A stretch of 64,000 nt of DNA, taken from the NCBI GenBank assembly GCA_001949185.1, contig BDGG01000002.1, positions 1,919,826-1,983,825 of the forward strand, in the 5' to 3' direction. The position numbers were made by a program, and so were the translations under genes. Below are positions 1-13,084 of this stretch, piece by piece. How positions within the stretch are numbered: the stretch's first letter is position 1; each line of letters begins with the position of its first letter. The DNA comes from Ramazzottius varieornatus. Taxonomy: Eukaryota; Animalia; Tardigrada. The notes below the pieces were generated by a model. It had not been told where the DNA came from and made no database searches. It saw only the letters and a list, made by a program, of their open reading frames with translations.

Positions 1-2165
1 CTATTGTCATATTTGCACCAGGTGAGTAACCGCCCATGACTCGTGGAATCGGATTTTTGGACTTGCGTAATTGCCGTAATTGCGTAATCCGTTGCAGTAA
101 TTGCCCGTCAACTGCTTACTATTGCCGACTTTGCAAGAGGTACCACAACCGCTTGCCCAATGACCTGCCAATCTGATTTCAGCATCCGATCTTAATTGCA
201 GAAATGGATCTTCTCATAGTACCTTGGTGCGTGCAACCTCACAGTGCGCTAATAAAAGAATTACGTGATAGACTAGAAGTTTCTACGTCAAAGTGGGAAT
301 GCATATGCGAAACTGGTTTATTGATGAACAGCGCGGCGGACGATCCAGCGTTTTGTGATCCGGTGCGTTTCCCGACACTAGTCTCTTTTTCTGTGGCGTC
401 GACCAGAGCATACGGTGAAGCAGTACATAGCCTGGCCAGCGAGTACCTCTGGAAGAATATCGCCGTTTTGCATGATAATGGAACATTGAACCAGTCATTT
501 GGAATGTGAATGCGCACTCACGAGCAATGTCGAGGGGCACTGTCGGTTTTTCGCGCGTTGTTTTAAAACATATTACACACCTCCATCGGCTCAACCGCCG
601 GGAATATTCAGCCAGGTCTCCGCCACGCACAGAGTCATTCACGCAGTGAGTTCAGTCATCGTAAAGGTGCATACTAGACGTTGTGGCAAACTCAGAAGTT
701 AATTGGCGATGACAAACCTGACCTGTGGTGTTAACAGTAATTCTTCTGTGTACGGGAACGCAGTTTCTGCAAGTGATCATGGTACTGAATTCCACCGCAC
801 CACTCCGATATTTCACGAGTCCCTTTGTATATCGTCCAAGACGTAGATTGATCTACAGAGCGCGGCGGCAGATGTTGGAGTGAACAATGGAGAATACGTA
901 AGATGGCAATATCTTTAATCGTCCAGGTGCTGAAAGCATTCTTTCTGTATAGTTTTTCGTCTTTTTATACGAGCTGGAAGTACTGGATGATCCCTTTTTC
1001 GCTTAAGTCAATCTTACCGATGCGGCAAGTATCAATGGAAATCAAGTGTGAATTCTGGTTCCGTTTGTGCACTACGCTTTGTTGTTGAAGAAACACGGTT
1101 GCGAGTTGCGAGTTACGATTTTGGTTTATGGAACAATTGGGTCAGTGCGTATAATGCTGGTTCGCAGAATACAACATTGCTGTTTCGAAACCTGTTGGTA
1201 ATCCGGTCTCCACCTGTTCCTTGGGACGACATACAGTCGGCTCTATCGTCCATTGAAAGCAGAAAGCGCACAATGTACGGAAAGCCAGTGTGTAAAAACC
1301 AAATGGTGAGTGACCTCTACGAAATCACCTACTGCTACGCTCAGGTTGGCACGTGTTTCTGCAGCGCAACGAGTTCGCGGACCAATGCTATGAAGCGGTG
1401 ATAACAGTAGGCCAGGTAAGGTCAAACACAGCCCATAACTTTCCTCAGAGGAAGGTAAAAACCTTCTTACGTCTTGCCTGAAGCGTCGATGTTATGTTGC
1501 TCTCACGCTCAAGGTTATGGATAGCAACTGCGCAACATCTCGTGACATCTCCGGGTGCACAAGTGGTCGTTTTCTAGCCGCCAAATTCCTCAACCGTACC
1601 TACGATTCTTCTGCTCAGTGGCGTTCGTTCACAATCTCACCTACCAGTTCAAGGGTTGTTCACGCTAATATTCAGACATTCAATTTCACTTCTCTACAAT
1701 TCGAAATAAAGCACATTACACGAATTTGAATTGTTTCTGCGCGTACGCGTTTACAGCAGATTATTTTTCCAGACGGTCTTGACGTACTTTACGGAATCTC
1801 GCGAACTGTCACCGGTAAACGGTTGGAAAATAGAGTGGCAGCTGGGGTACCCGCCTCCAGATCGACCATTGTGCGGGTTGGACGGCTTGAAATGCCATGC
1901 TCATCGATGGATGACATACCTACCGATCGCTGTGGTAGCACTACTGTCCGTGATATTCGGGCTACTGCGGTGCGCTGATCGAAAAAACCTATCTGGGAAA
2001 GAGAAATTGCATCAGTTTAAATGTGCTTTCAGGTTCCTGTGAAGATGGAGCGATCGACGTGCTGTGAACTGGTGGCTGGTTCGGGATGCGATTGCCATTT
2101 TTCCGTCTCTCTCGCAGAATGACAACTTTTTGTCCCTCAACGACTCGGATGAGTTGCAGAATTGA
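1..2165 (+). pseudogene. ANF-receptor (periplasmic-binding fold) single-pass receptor of the receptor guanylate cyclase family; 5' end outside window; nonsense-disrupted
   Basis: Spliced segments: LLMNSAADDPAFCDPVRFPTLVSF...LWKNIAVLHD; FLAAKFLNRTY; juxtamembrane WQLGYPPPDRPLCGLDGLKC followed by a TM helix (YLPIAVVALLSVIFGLLR). In-frame stops TGA 507-509, TAA 564-566 and TGA 2040-2042; the last is followed by a conserved NWW motif. Confidence 0.7.
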
Positions 2166-2543
2166 AAATTACTTAGGTCATCGATCGAACTAGTCCTACA
2201 GTAATTGCACCAAACGAAGTGAGAACCATTTTGGCTCGGTTTTGATCACCCAACTTTAATGCGACGTGCATGGCTACAAATGGAATGTCGGTACTTTAAT
2301 GAGTACTCTCCACTAGATGTCCTCAGTTATTGCTAATTTATGGATGAGGATCCAATAATAAGACTGCCCTCCCCACATGAGTATTTTTACTCACTTCCGG
2401 CGGTGTTTCGATTCGGAAATACATGTATCAGAAGCCTTGTTCGCAAAATGATATTTAAACATTACATATCGAGCCAGCTGATGTTCAAGAGCGATCACTT
2501 TTCTTGCGGCTGCTGAGCATGCACATGTCAAAACAAGTTGAAG

Positions 2544-5500
2544 ATGAAGCTCTCGACCGTAGACTGTTTGTTTGCGCATAGTCTGCTGATGATTTACCAG
2601 TTTCGATCGATTTGGACCCAGACGAACACGCCGGTTTCAACAAGACCAAGTCGGGAACTGACCATGTGTTACATGTTGGAGCGCAACGGAGTGGGCACGA
2701 TTTACGATTACAACAAGGCGGCAGCGGCCATGGACATGGCTCTCGACTACGCCACCAACAATATTCTGCCTTCGCATGTTCGTCTTGCGGGGTATGTTGA
2801 ACCACTGCTTTATACATGTTCACATGAAATGCCCATCTGGTTCGTTGATCCTAATACAGACCGGTCGATCGAAATCTGGTACCTATTTCTTCGATCTCGT
2901 TTTGAATTCTGCTACACATTCATCACACAACATGACAAGCCAATTACATAACACAGTTCTACTGGTGTGATCAAGCAGTCAACTCGCATGTGGACCGGCT
3001 GCGTCTGTATGGCGCGCAGTATCGTTAACTTTTCATTTTCTTAATTTTGAAATCGGAAAGTCCAGGTACCAGATTTCGAGCGACCGGAGGGTAACTCCAA
3101 CTTGAGTTACGGTAGAGGTACCTGATAGCTTCGGTGCGGCGGTATAAACGACGGTGCTCTGAACTAACATACATACAGTAGTACAATAGCCAATTGGCGG
3201 AAAGTGTGGGCATCAGCCGGATCTTATTTGGCATCTGATGATCACATAAATCAATTAATAGAGCCTGACCTTTTGATCCAGGCGATACCGGGATATTGGT
3301 AACGTTTGCTCAGCAAGAACGCACATCGTAGGACATGCTTTGGACTTGAAAGATGAAGGAGTATCCTGCGCGGTTTACATCGGACCCGGTATGTATTTAC
3401 GTGTGTTGTTGAAACTCAACCAGAACTTACCTCACTGCATGGTTCGGGCCATAAGGCAGAAGTTTCGAACGACATCTAGTCATCAACTATTGATAAATCG
3501 TGGCTACGAGGGAAAGATTGTTGAGTTAGCCACCCCAGATTTCGGTTGTCAAGTCAGCCGCACCTTATAACCAGTAGGACGCTCGATGGCCTACTCCTAA
3601 TACTGTAGCTCGTTGTTCAAGCTGTCGAATACTTTGAAACGGCAGACGTCTTTGCGTGATGCACTTTCGAAGAAATTATCCTTGCTAAGAGCTTGCAGCG
3701 GAACTTTCGATCAGAAATGGCAATACTGAGATTGCTTAACAAGCCTCGAAATTGGACTGTTCTGGCCTCCTTATATCGGTCGACAGACAAATTCTCAAAT
3801 TTTCAGTACGCAGTATTTGCTTTTGTTAGCGATTAGCTAGCAATAGGATTCACTGTAGCAAAGACCAGTTCTTGCCCTTTCGGGAACATTTTGTCTGGGC
3901 AGAACTTGCAGGGATATTGCGATTGTGGTTCGAGGACGGGAAACACCGTTGTGACGCTGTCTAGTCTGATCAAAACCAAGAGATGGAGATCACAATGAAT
4001 GCTCTAGAAACCCGAGTTACATCTAGTCAGCAAGAACCCGAGATCAAGTATACTGTACCTCAACCCGTAAACTGGCTCACATAGACCTACTTTGCTTGAA
4101 TTCTGCTATTGTCGATAATTTTTGCGTTCTTTGAGTCCACCGCCTGTCCACGGTCCCCTGAGCTCTTGCTGGTTCACATGCAGCTCAGGTTTTCAGCTTT
4201 ATCTTTGGTTTTGATCAGACTAAACAACGTTACAACAGCCCCTAAAGGTTGCAAAATCTGGCGGTGCAATAATAGCGCTTTGGGTGTAAAAGCGCTGGGT
4301 ATGTCTATAGTGGATCGTAATCAAATTGTCAGACCCAGTGTGTGACAATAGTCAAATAGGGTGTAGGCCCTGTAGGGGGTGTGACTGCAGACATAGCCAT
4401 GCCATATTCCTTAAACCAAACAGTAACTGGGTTTCGGCAGCCCAATTTTCGGTACAATGATTGATATCGCGATTATTCAGGACACGGTTTTGAAGTTTTG
4501 GCAACCCCAGGGGCTTTTTGTTACCGCTGATGTGATACCATGAAACAGACGTCGAGGAACACGAATTTGAGATCAGATCTGATTTCTACCAGTGGTCGAA
4601 CGGCCACGTCAGCAAGATCCAAAGGGGTTCGAATTTTTGTCCGAAAAGATTCTGACATCAGAGTGACGTCACACAGCGTAAGGCTACGCATACAATCGTT
4701 TTGACACCAAACCCCAAGCTGGGTTGTTTTGGAGATTAATCACCCCTGACGTTTCCTGCAATATCATCCCAAAAGGGCGAACAGTTTTTTGAGACTTTGA
4801 GCCACGGCGAGGTAGAGCAAAGCTATCATCCGATGTCCCTGAATATTCTCTCAAATTTCATGTCAGAAAAGGGTCATTTGGACCAAACATAATGTGCCAA
4901 AAATTGGGCTGCCGAAACCCAGCTATACTTCGATTTTCCACAGAAATTCAAAGAGGCTCCAGAAAAAATAGCTCTAAAAATCTGAGCGATCTTCCAGCAC
5001 TTACTACGTTGAAAAAAGAGGTATCAAACAAAGTACAGGATGAGATACTTGGCTAACCACAGAGACAGAGAACAGCAGGATTAGCGTCGAAACAGCAGTC
5101 AAACATTTATCAATAGATGGGGCTCCATACATCAAAATCACGAAAGTATAAGTTAGTACACGCAAGAAGGGAATGTTGGAGCAGTGAAAAGTCTGGAACA
5201 GGCGATTCCGTAACAGCGGAACGGAAGGTCGTACGTACGCATGCAATTTACACCAATGCACTGCAAAAATTCAGCACTGCAAAAACATAACTTTCAGCAA
5301 AACAGGACTTTCAGTACACCCAGTTTGCATTATCATCGGCCGGGATAAAGTTACCGGCCACCAACCGACAGCGGCAGCGCATCGATAAATTAGTTTGATT
5401 GCTTAATTTCATGAAGTTGAGCAATCCCATGGATAGCTGGCACGTCCAATGGGAAATTCAAGTCTCAGGATGGATGAAGGATCGGCATCAGCAACACTGT

Positions 5501-8500
5501 CCTCCTCTTTCTTCTAGCGAAAAGTTACTGTTGTTTCTACAGATCATTATCTAGTTTACCACGTATTTTGGTTTCCGTATTGATTTATTGAAATTCTTCC
5601 ACTTTTAATGGGGACTACTCAGATATTTTCTTTTTTCGAAAACATCGAATTTGTGCTCCTGATAGTCTCGGTTTCTGAGGTCTTGAGTGTTCGAGTGCCG
5701 AAGCAGTAAATACTCCCTCGTATTTTCGAAGTTCTCCGCCAAAGCCCTTCACGAACAATGAACTTTTCCCGTAACATATTTTACGGGAAAACTTCGCAGG
5801 AGTTCTCAACTTTTCGGAATTTTGGTTAGCGTCAGCACCCAGCTGCCGTTTTCAGCCGGTGGCCGGAAATGTTTTCCCGGCAATAATTAGGCAAACTGTG
5901 TGTACTGGTCAGCACAAAGAGTGAGCCGAAGTAACTCAGCCGGCGCTCAGCCCACCGCGATTGACCGGGGCAGATCCTTCTCGTTACGTCACGAATCCTT
6001 GGTAAGCCTTCCGATGGGCTGGCTAAAACCGGATCTGATGCTAGAACGGGTTAAACCGGACCACATTTGAGTTCGTGCTAACTTTATTTTCAACAGTATT
6101 GTGCCACCTAGTATCGTCTTTCCAACTTGATTGACATTTCCTCTTGTTGCAGGTTGTGGATTGGTCGCAGAAGTGCTAAATAACATTGCTGAAGTATGGG
6201 ATATACCAATTATTGGATGTCCGGCAGCCGGTGTGGGACTGTCCGCTTCTATGCAGGATTACTATGGTACGTGGAACTAAAAAACCACTGGAAAGCCATT
6301 AGATTTCACATAACCGTCGCCCAACGCTTTCCGCTTCGCCCTTCAGGCATTTCACGGACTTCCTTTGCGTACACAACCATTGCTGACGTCATGCTGCGCT
6401 ACTTTGTCACCTTCAATTACACTACGCCGGTCTTCCTCCTGGACCAGTCGGCTGATTTCTTCCAACAAATGGGGATTCTCATCGAAACTACTTTGAAGGA
6501 TAACGACGACGAAGTACCTTATCGACCCAGTAACTACTACCAGTTTAGCAGCTCAACCATCGACCGCCAAGCAATGGCCAAAATGCTCCGATCCACCACT
6601 GAGTTCTCACGCGGTAAAGCTACTTTGACTTATACAGCAAATTTGCCGCCATTGGATCAGTATCGTGAGACTAATCCTTCTTTGTAGTTGTCGTCATTTG
6701 TTCCACTAGTGATACCGTTCGGAAAGTTATGGTACGTCGTACGTGTACGGGTTTCTTGGATCAAAATACTATGTGTCATGACTTTTCCCTCCGTCTTGCA
6801 GATTGTGGCTGGCCAACTGGGGATGGCGGCTGGAGACTATGTAAGTCTTCAAGCGATTATAATTTTCGGCTAACTGGTGGTCTCGAATAGTCTCTATATT
6901 TTCAGGTGTTTTTGGCGGTAGACTTGTACCAAAGTAACGTTTGGGGAGAGTTTACGTGGCGTCGCGGCACTAAAGACGACGAGGTACAGTACTGTATGGC
7001 ATACTCGCATACTGCGCCCCCTGTGAAAATTTCCACGTCCTGGAAATTAGGGAGCTGGTCCAAAAGCCAGCCGCTCTTCCATTTCATGTCGAAGTTAATC
7101 TGCTGTCAACTGCAGGCTGCCAAAGCTGCTTTCCCAGCGCTCCTTCTGCTCAGCTTGCAAGTTTCTGTAGTGGACCAAAGCGAGGCGTTTTGGCGGGAAG
7201 TGATCAAGCTGTCACGAAATCGTTACAACTATACCTTCTCTGCTGTTGAGCAGGCAAGTTCACCTAATTATTAGGGTGTAAGGGGGTATAACTATAGAAA
7301 TAGCCTTGATCATATCACCGAACTTCTGCGCTTACTGGCTGGAATCAAATTTAACATGGCCAGCAAAGATACATGCTCGGAGCTGTCTGTAAGCCCGCCT
7401 GCGGGAGCTAAGGAATGCCCGCAAGACTGTAACACAGACACGGTGCTAAACGCCATAGCGCCCATCAGGCGGAGCCGTCGAAGAATATTGAGCTTGTGAT
7501 TAGTAAAATGGGTCAGTGAGCGACGGAGTTTGGTATTACTCTTCCAACCAATGCCGCGTGATGATCATCCTTTGTACGTGGCCACGTGGTAGAAAGGAAT
7601 GCCACCGTTCTATTCATAGTACCCTTCCAGCAAGATTAAGCATTGTATCACAAGACGGGATTCCGTAATCTCATGTTTGTGTTGTAGAACATAGTTGATC
7701 CGATTGTAGTCCATTTCTACGAAACCATTCTACTATACGCCCAAGTCATCACAGCCATGGATGCTGCTGAGAAAAATTACCTGTCGGGACGCAAATTCAC
7801 CGACACCGTCGCCAACTTTTCGTTTGTCAGTCCCATTACGGGAATAGTCGCCTTCAACAAGAACAGTGACCGATTACTGGATTACACCATCCGACAATAC
7901 AATGCCGAAAGCCAGGCCCATGAAGTCATCATGGCCGTCCCCGCTACGTCAAAAGGGGTGACCCTTTTGGGAAACATCCGCTGGTTTGGGGCAAAGGCTT
8001 TCCCTGCCAACGCACCCTTTTGCGGCTTCAAGAACGAAAACCCGGCTTGCAGGCCGCAACCTCTTCGACTGACAAGTTGGCAAATGGCGGCTGCTGTCAT
8101 CATACCTATTGTAGTAGCCATCACCCTGGCTGTTTTCCTTAGACCACGCTTGAAAAGGTTACGCACGATTGTTACTTCAGACTGTTCGTACTGTTACGTT
8201 AGCTTGAACTTTTGCAGGCTTCTCTATGGCGATCTGCATAATTTCTGGTGGAGAATATATGAAAATGACGTCACAGTCATCCTTGGCGGGCTTCGTGCTG
8301 CGACTTCCAAGTCTTTAAAATCCACGCTGAACGGATCCATCCATACGGTGAACCGTTTACAGAGCAGTGCTGATAGACCGCATAATTACAGCACTTTTGA
8401 CGCTGGAAGCATTTTTTCTGTTTCTTCTAGCGGAAAGACGATCCAGTCGAAGACGAAAAAGGCGAAGCAGTGACGGGTTTGGGTAGCCTCGTATTACAGT

Positions 8501-11500
8501 CACAGCCGGAAAGCAAGGAGGCTCTCTGGGGTCAATATGCGGGCTCTCTTGTTAGTCTCTTCGTTTACCCTGAGCCCCGACACCGGGCAAGTCCCGCGGT
8601 CACACGGGAAGCAAATCTGGTGCGTGGGTTCCTACGCGCTACAGTCGAATGATGCTGACTTTGCCAGACTTACTTTAATTACAGGTTCGAAACTTACTCC
8701 ACTCCAACATTCAAAAGTTTATAGGTATCGCGGTCGACGACTCGAACGAGTGCAAGTACTTGGTGCTGGAATGCTGTCAAAAAGGCAGTCTGCGTCACCT
8801 GATCTTTAACAAGCAGACAAATCTGGACTGGGAATTCCGAAACTCGTTAATCAAAGACATGACAAATGTAAGCAATCCGCTGCAATCCGGCAATCTCTTA
8901 ATTAGTTTCCTGACTGTTTCCACCAACTGGAAATTCATGAGCAGGGAATGGCATTCATCCAGTCATCGCCGGTTGTCTCTCACGGCTTCCTGACCGATAT
9001 GGCCTGCCAAGTCGATAGTCGTTTTGTGCTGAAGATTGCCGACTTTGGCTTCCCTTCCTTGCGTCGGGACTCCGACCTCGATCTGGTCTACAATGAACAG
9101 GAAGACAGAGACTTTCATTCCTTGTTATGGCGCGCACCCGAACATCTGCGCCGTCGCATGCCGCCTTCGGGAACCCCCAAAGGTAAAATCTCTTGAAAGA
9201 ATTGGCCCGAGTCACCTGGCTGTAGTCAGTCAAAAGCCGTTTTACGAAGAGGGTTCACGTCCCAAAAGTCTGGAACTCAACTTCTTCTCGCGGAACATCC
9301 GTAAATCGTTAAAGGTCTTATTTGGAAAAAGACCAACTTATGGTTAACCTTTATGCCCATTGCTACGCTGAAAATTGGTACGACTTTTATTTCGTAGTGA
9401 ACTCAGTACGAAGTTTGAATTGTTTTTGAAAATCGTAGTTACTTTTCCGAGTGTCTGACCAGGGTGAGTTTCAGCGTCCCAATCTGAGTACGAACGTTTT
9501 TGACTCCGAACGAAACTTTTCTGTCTTGAAACCATCGACCATTTCGAAGGGCATCACGTGGTAAGTTTGCCGTATCTCGCCGTAGCTCAATGTTCTAATA
9601 AACTTTCCGCCCTTTTGGAAAATTATCTGCAGAAATTCCTAGGGGTGATTATCAGCTGAAACACCCCCACATGGAGCCTCTGCGTGCGATCAGATAAAGA
9701 AGCATTTCTCACGCTGGACGACGTCACTGTAACGACAAAATACTTTCACTCAAAATCTCATATTCAAAAACGGATCGCCGATACCCACTTACCTTGTTTT
9801 TTGACACCAGGCTACTGTAACGGAGATCTTGGTTCACACAGGTGATGCCTACAGCTACGCCATTGTCATGCAACAAATTATAACGCTGAGTGAGCCGTTC
9901 CAGTCGGGATCTGGTCCTCAAAACGTTGAGTCGAACAGCACCCGATGGAAAGACATTGTGATCGAGGTAAGGCTAACTGGAAGCTTAGTAGCACTCGACA
10001 AATTTGCTACTGCTACTTTGCCTTACCATGAAATTGACTCTAGGTCAAACGACATGCAACTCCACCCATGCGTCCGCCAATCCCAGCACGGGCCTGTCCG
10101 CCGCTGATGCACGAGCTGATCGAGCAGTGCTGGGACGAAGACCCAGGCCTCCGACCCAACTTTGTCCGCATTCGGGCGGTCATAAGGAAAGTGATCGGCA
10201 AATCCGGGGACAATATTGTTGATCATCTGGTCCATCGAATGAACGTTCATACTTCGACGCTGGAGCACCAGGCATGTGGTCGCTTCGCCCCGTTGCTATT
10301 GCTCATCTGCTCCATGAATTTTATCCGCTCTGTCATGGTATAATTTTCTTTTGTCAGGTTCGAGAACAGTTTGCGCATTTCAGTGAGGAACGACAGCGAA
10401 CGGGAGAGCTTCTGAAGACAATATTGCCCAGGTGCAGGCATATGCCCATCAAAACAAGCATGCGCAAGTGGGACCTAACTTGACTTTGCTTTGCTTCACA
10501 GGTCGGTTGCAGACGCTATTCTGCAAGGAAGGATGGTCTATCCGGTTTGTGGAGTCGCGTTTTCTCGTTTCATAACTTGAACATTACTCACGAAGTCATG
10601 CTTTGCACATTGATACTCAGGAAAAGTTTGACAGCGTAACAATCTACGTGGGAAGCGTCCTGGGCTTCGATGAAGCAATTAACAGGAAGTCGGCCTCCGA
10701 TGTCATCAAACTTGTCAGTCAGCTGTACAATGTCTGCGATGACGTCATCGCGGAATCTAACGTTTACAAAGTGGAAACCGTTCGAGATACCTATCTAGTA
10801 TGATGAAAAGGCTCAACTTTAAGGAATACTGCCGTTGATAGACAATTCCTATTTTGTAGCTGGCTAGTGGAGTACCGATACGGAACGGTAATCGCCATGC
10901 CGAGGAGATGGCAGAGCTGGCCTTGGTGCTGCGCAAAGATGTTGCCAGTATTTCTGGCTTCAATTCCAAGCTGGCCAAAACCAAACCTTTCAAGCTCCGC
11001 GCTGGTCTTCATACAGGCAAGGCTACCAGCCCACATCATGATGTACTAGATTGTACAATGCGTCGTGTGCTTCGCTACAGGTGGTCATGTGCTAAAGTTA
11101 CCATTGATCAATGTTACGAGGCATGTGACCACCACAAAAGGGAAGCAAAAGACGCATTGTATTAATATGATTACAGAGCTCAAAATGTGTGTTCATTTGC
11201 GTAGGCCCGGTCGTCACTGGATTGGTCGGACATGGTGCACCAAGATATTGCCTGTAAGACACATGCGTAGAAGTCAAGACAGGAAAGAAAAGCATTTTTT
11301 TCGGGCAGGTTCGGAGATACAATAACCATCGCAAATGTCCTGGAAAAGCGCGGTGAAGGTATGTTGTGATATTGACCATAAACCCCTTTCGATCGGCTAA
11401 TAAGGTTCACTGCCATTTCTATCACTGTCTACGCAGCGGGAAAGATACATTGCAGTGAAGCCACCAAAGCGCTGCTGGAAGACTTGTTCGTATTTATGGA

Positions 11501-11634
11501 CCGTTCTCATATTGAAACGAAGGTACATAACTAGTTCTTGCATATTGCCACAGGTAAGAACTGGTCGAGCATTTTCCTGTTTCAAGGATGGACTTGGGAA
11601 ACTAACCACGTTTTGGCTACTTGGCAAAGATTAG
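2544..11634 (+). CDS. Receptor-type guanylate cyclase-like protein A (signal peptide, ANF-receptor ECD, TM, kinase-homology domain, degenerate cyclase domain); multi-exon, apparently intact
   Basis: ECD (YDYNKAAAAMDMALDY; IYIGPG-like motif), FPANAPFCGFKNENPAC + TM, KHD (HGFLTDMACQVDSRFVLKIADFG, LLWRAPEHLR, GDAYSYAIVMQQI, CWDEDPGLRPNF), cyclase domain (EKFDSVTIY, VYKVETVRD, PRYCLFGDT, TFWLLGKD-stop at 11632-11634); GT/GC-AG introns. Confidence 0.88.
3507..3532 (+). mobile_element. Solo terminal inverted repeat related to the pogo element at 60181-62842
   Basis: TA|CGAGGGAAAGATTGTTGAGTTAGCCA matches the TIR CGAGGGAGAGGTTATTGAGTTAGCCA at 23/26 positions; lies in the enlarged intron 3389-6152. 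Confidence 0.6.
4426..4923. mobile_element. MITE, TA target duplication (Tc1/mariner-type)
   Basis: ~30-bp TIRs (a/g)CTGGGTTTCGGCAGCCCAATTTT.GG.ACA at both ends; TA at 4424-4425 and 4924-4925. Confidence 0.8.
5312..5907. mobile_element. Older MITE with ~65-bp degenerate TIRs
   Basis: 5312-5378 (CAGTACACCCAGTTTGC...CCGGCCACC...GGCAGC) is an imperfect reverse complement of 5841-5907. Confidence 0.6.
9545..9670 (-). repeat. Intronic dispersed repeat related (inverted) to the interior of the 4426-4923 MITE
   Basis: Its reverse complement aligns to ~4720-4850 (AATCACCCCT...CCAAAAGGGCG...TGAGC.ACGGCGAG). Confidence 0.6.
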
Positions 11635-12761
11635 ACGTTTTAGTTTTCGTGTCAGTGGAAAGAGGTGAACTCAGTGTCGACTCTGCGTTTGCTGACAACA
11701 TATACTGTGCACATACCCACTTCTTCAATCCGCATTTACGACGGAAGGACTTGTATGCATCTGCTCTTCAAACACTTATGGTTTTGGTCATTCAAGTCTT
11801 ACTGTTTTATCAATATTATGGATGTCTGTACTAAACGGCACTTTCGATCACACCTGAAGCAGCCTTTTATAGTCACAAACAAGAACGACTATGTTATGTA
11901 GGGCGTGTACGGGCGGTCACTCTATTTTAACCTCGAAAGTAATACTGAATTCGCCGAGGGGGGCATGGCCATGCAATTTATCCTCTGAAGTCATTATTCA
12001 CCGACATAACGAAGGCACTGTGCGCTTCAGGTTTTCAAAAGTGCTCTGAGACGAGGAACTGCCAGAGGGATCTCCTACGTGACATTTCGTCACTCTCTGT
12101 CACGGACTGCGTTCCCAAGTGGTCACCATAATGACTCACCGTGCACAAGTGCATGCTCGTGCATTCGAATGCTTAATTTCGTTCAGCCGATAGCTTTTCA
12201 CCTGCAACATCGATATCGCGATCGCTTGGAATACTGTATCTCAGCATGAAATATACGATAGGAAAGACGATCGAGCAATGTGTGAAGTGCGAGGGTCGAT
12301 CGTCGATTGCAGTCATCGCACCGACACTAATCGTATTTCAAAACGAGTATACGGAGAACAGGTGAGGGACACTGGTGGTGAAATTCAGACTGCATCTTTT
12401 TGCAATTATGCCTGTTCGACCCTATAACATTTCCTGCCTGGCCTGAATGGAGAGCTGCAGCTCCACCAAGTCGTTCTCGCCTGTGAATACTTCTACAGTA
12501 CTAATGATGGCCACTTGAGGTTGTAAAAGATCGATGGCAAGTTATTACGCCGTACTTTCCCCCTGCTCCATCAAAGCTCACTTTCTGGACATAATTTGAT
12601 GCAACAGATACGCATAGTGTGAGAGACTAACTCATGAGAAACCACATGATCCGAACCTATTCTCTTTCAACCATTCTTTGTTCATATCCCTCGCGATCTC
12701 GACATTGAACCCACCAATTTAACGTGTCGGCTGCATGCACATCACCTGCTGCAAAGGTTAG

Positions 12762-13084
12762 ACCAGAGCCTGGCGGCCCTGGCCGAGCTAGGCTGCGCCC
12801 AGGATATTTTTCGACGTCACGAGGAGTTCGTTCAGATCGATTCATCGATCGTTATGATATACAGGCACACACAATCAAAACTGTCAATCAACCGAGACAG
12901 TGCATTGCAAATAAGCTTTCAAAAAGAGGTGTCAATAGAAGCCAGATGGCTACAGCCAATCAAGTTTGAGCATTTGCCCGACTGCGGTTTTGATTTCTCA
13001 AAGCTTATTTTGTCGTGCACTAGATTTTGTATTAGGGTGACGTCGAAAAGTCCTGGGCGCGGCCTAGCTCGGCCAGGCTCTGGG
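12762..13084. mobile_element. piggyBac-like MITE upstream of rGC-B
   Basis: ~55-bp TIRs (CCAGAGCCTGG...CCGAGCTAGGC.GCGCCCAGGA...TTTTCGACGTCAC); flanks TTAG (12758-12761) and TTAA (13085-13088). Confidence 0.7.

Noticed and set aside
60-130. Tandem GTAATTGC motifs in an intron
   Set aside because: Few degenerate copies with no supportable TIR or TSD.
2966-3246. Weak inverted ends TGTGATCA...TGATCACA
   Set aside because: Too short and degenerate to call a MITE.
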